64,000 nt of DNA from Yuukianura sp. NJ FZ-2021 (taxonomy: Eukaryota), in contig CM102290.1 in NCBI GenBank assembly GCA_046563655.1, positions 13,268,001 to 13,332,000 of the forward strand, given 5' to 3'. The notes under the pieces are model-generated. The model saw only the letters and a program-made list of their open reading frames with translations. It was not told the origin of the DNA and did no database searches. Position 1 is the first letter of the stretch. Each line of letters begins with the position of its first letter. Of the stretch, positions 63,287 through 64,000 are shown piece by piece. A program made the translations under genes and the position numbers.

Positions 63287-63612
63287 AATTGACTTCTCAA
63301 ATTTATATTTTGCACTTGAAATTCTGATTTAAATTTAAATTTCGTTTTGCCTCACGATTTTAGCAGCTTACTTTTCTGAACCTTACTCCAAATAAAACCA
63401 GCAAACTAATCATGCACTTTTAAAGGTTACTTTTGGATCCGTATTACATCAGCAAATATAAATAATCACATCATACACGTTTTCTATCTAAAACTAATCT
63501 TGATCACTACTTGAATTGGAGTAAGTGTATTGTTTTTAACAAAACAAGGAACAATGGTTTTCAAATTTTTGAGTGATTTCTGGCTTTTTACTGATGTCAC
63601 CTGTTATGCAAT

Positions 63613-63783
63613 CTGGGTTCGAAGTCGGTAACTTACGTCATGTAGTCATGTTGTAACTTACCGTCATACATTACGTAACTTTCAAAAGGGTTTTGTAAGT
63701 TACTAGTTTTATCATACGTACTTATGTTAGTTACGTAACTTATGTATTTTTGGTGAAAAATACCGTAAACTTCGAACACCCTG
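63613..63783. mobile_element. hAT-like MITE with GTAAC/TTACGTAA internal repeats
   Basis: CTGGGTTCGAAGTCGGTA pairs imperfectly with TACCGTAAACTTCGAACACCCTG; possible TSD TATGCAAT/TTTGAAAT (6/8). Confidence 0.5.
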
Positions 63784-64000
63784 TTTGAAATACAAATTTA
63801 GACACATATGAAAACATTCAGTTTTTCAAAATCATTTTTTCCATGTTCTACTAAAACTTTTTGGCAACTTCTTCCATTAGGTTATTAGACAACATTTAAA
63901 AAAAAACTGTTAACTTCAAGAAACATGTCAACGGTCTAAGGCGACTGGAATTTTTTTTTACAAATTTGAAAAGTGTCTTTTCAAAATAGGCAAATTATAA

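Overview
AT-rich eukaryotic genomic DNA with GT-AG introns; gene content suggests an arthropod (inference). Genes supported by hand-checked in-frame splice junctions: TMEM134 (3 coding exons, +), a cluster of three proline-rich PTB/PID-like adaptor genes (+, -, +; about 16.1-54.3 kb), and a secreted LRR gene or tandem pair at the right end (-). Non-coding DNA is dense with non-autonomous DNA transposons: Tc1/mariner-pogo-type (TA), P-like CAAGG (8-bp TSD), hAT-like, Kolobok-like, DINE-1/HINE-like and a 62-bp perfect foldback. The most striking observation is a P-like MITE inside the LRR coding sequence that supplies both splice sites and can be spliced out in frame (Introner-like intron gain). 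Also notable: a hAT-like MITE carrying an 11-bp minisatellite that has formed a 241-bp higher-order repeat, a tRNA-like insert nested in a MITE, and a PTB-like domain split by a long Ser/acidic insertion. Family assignments rest on motif recognition only; no database searches were run.
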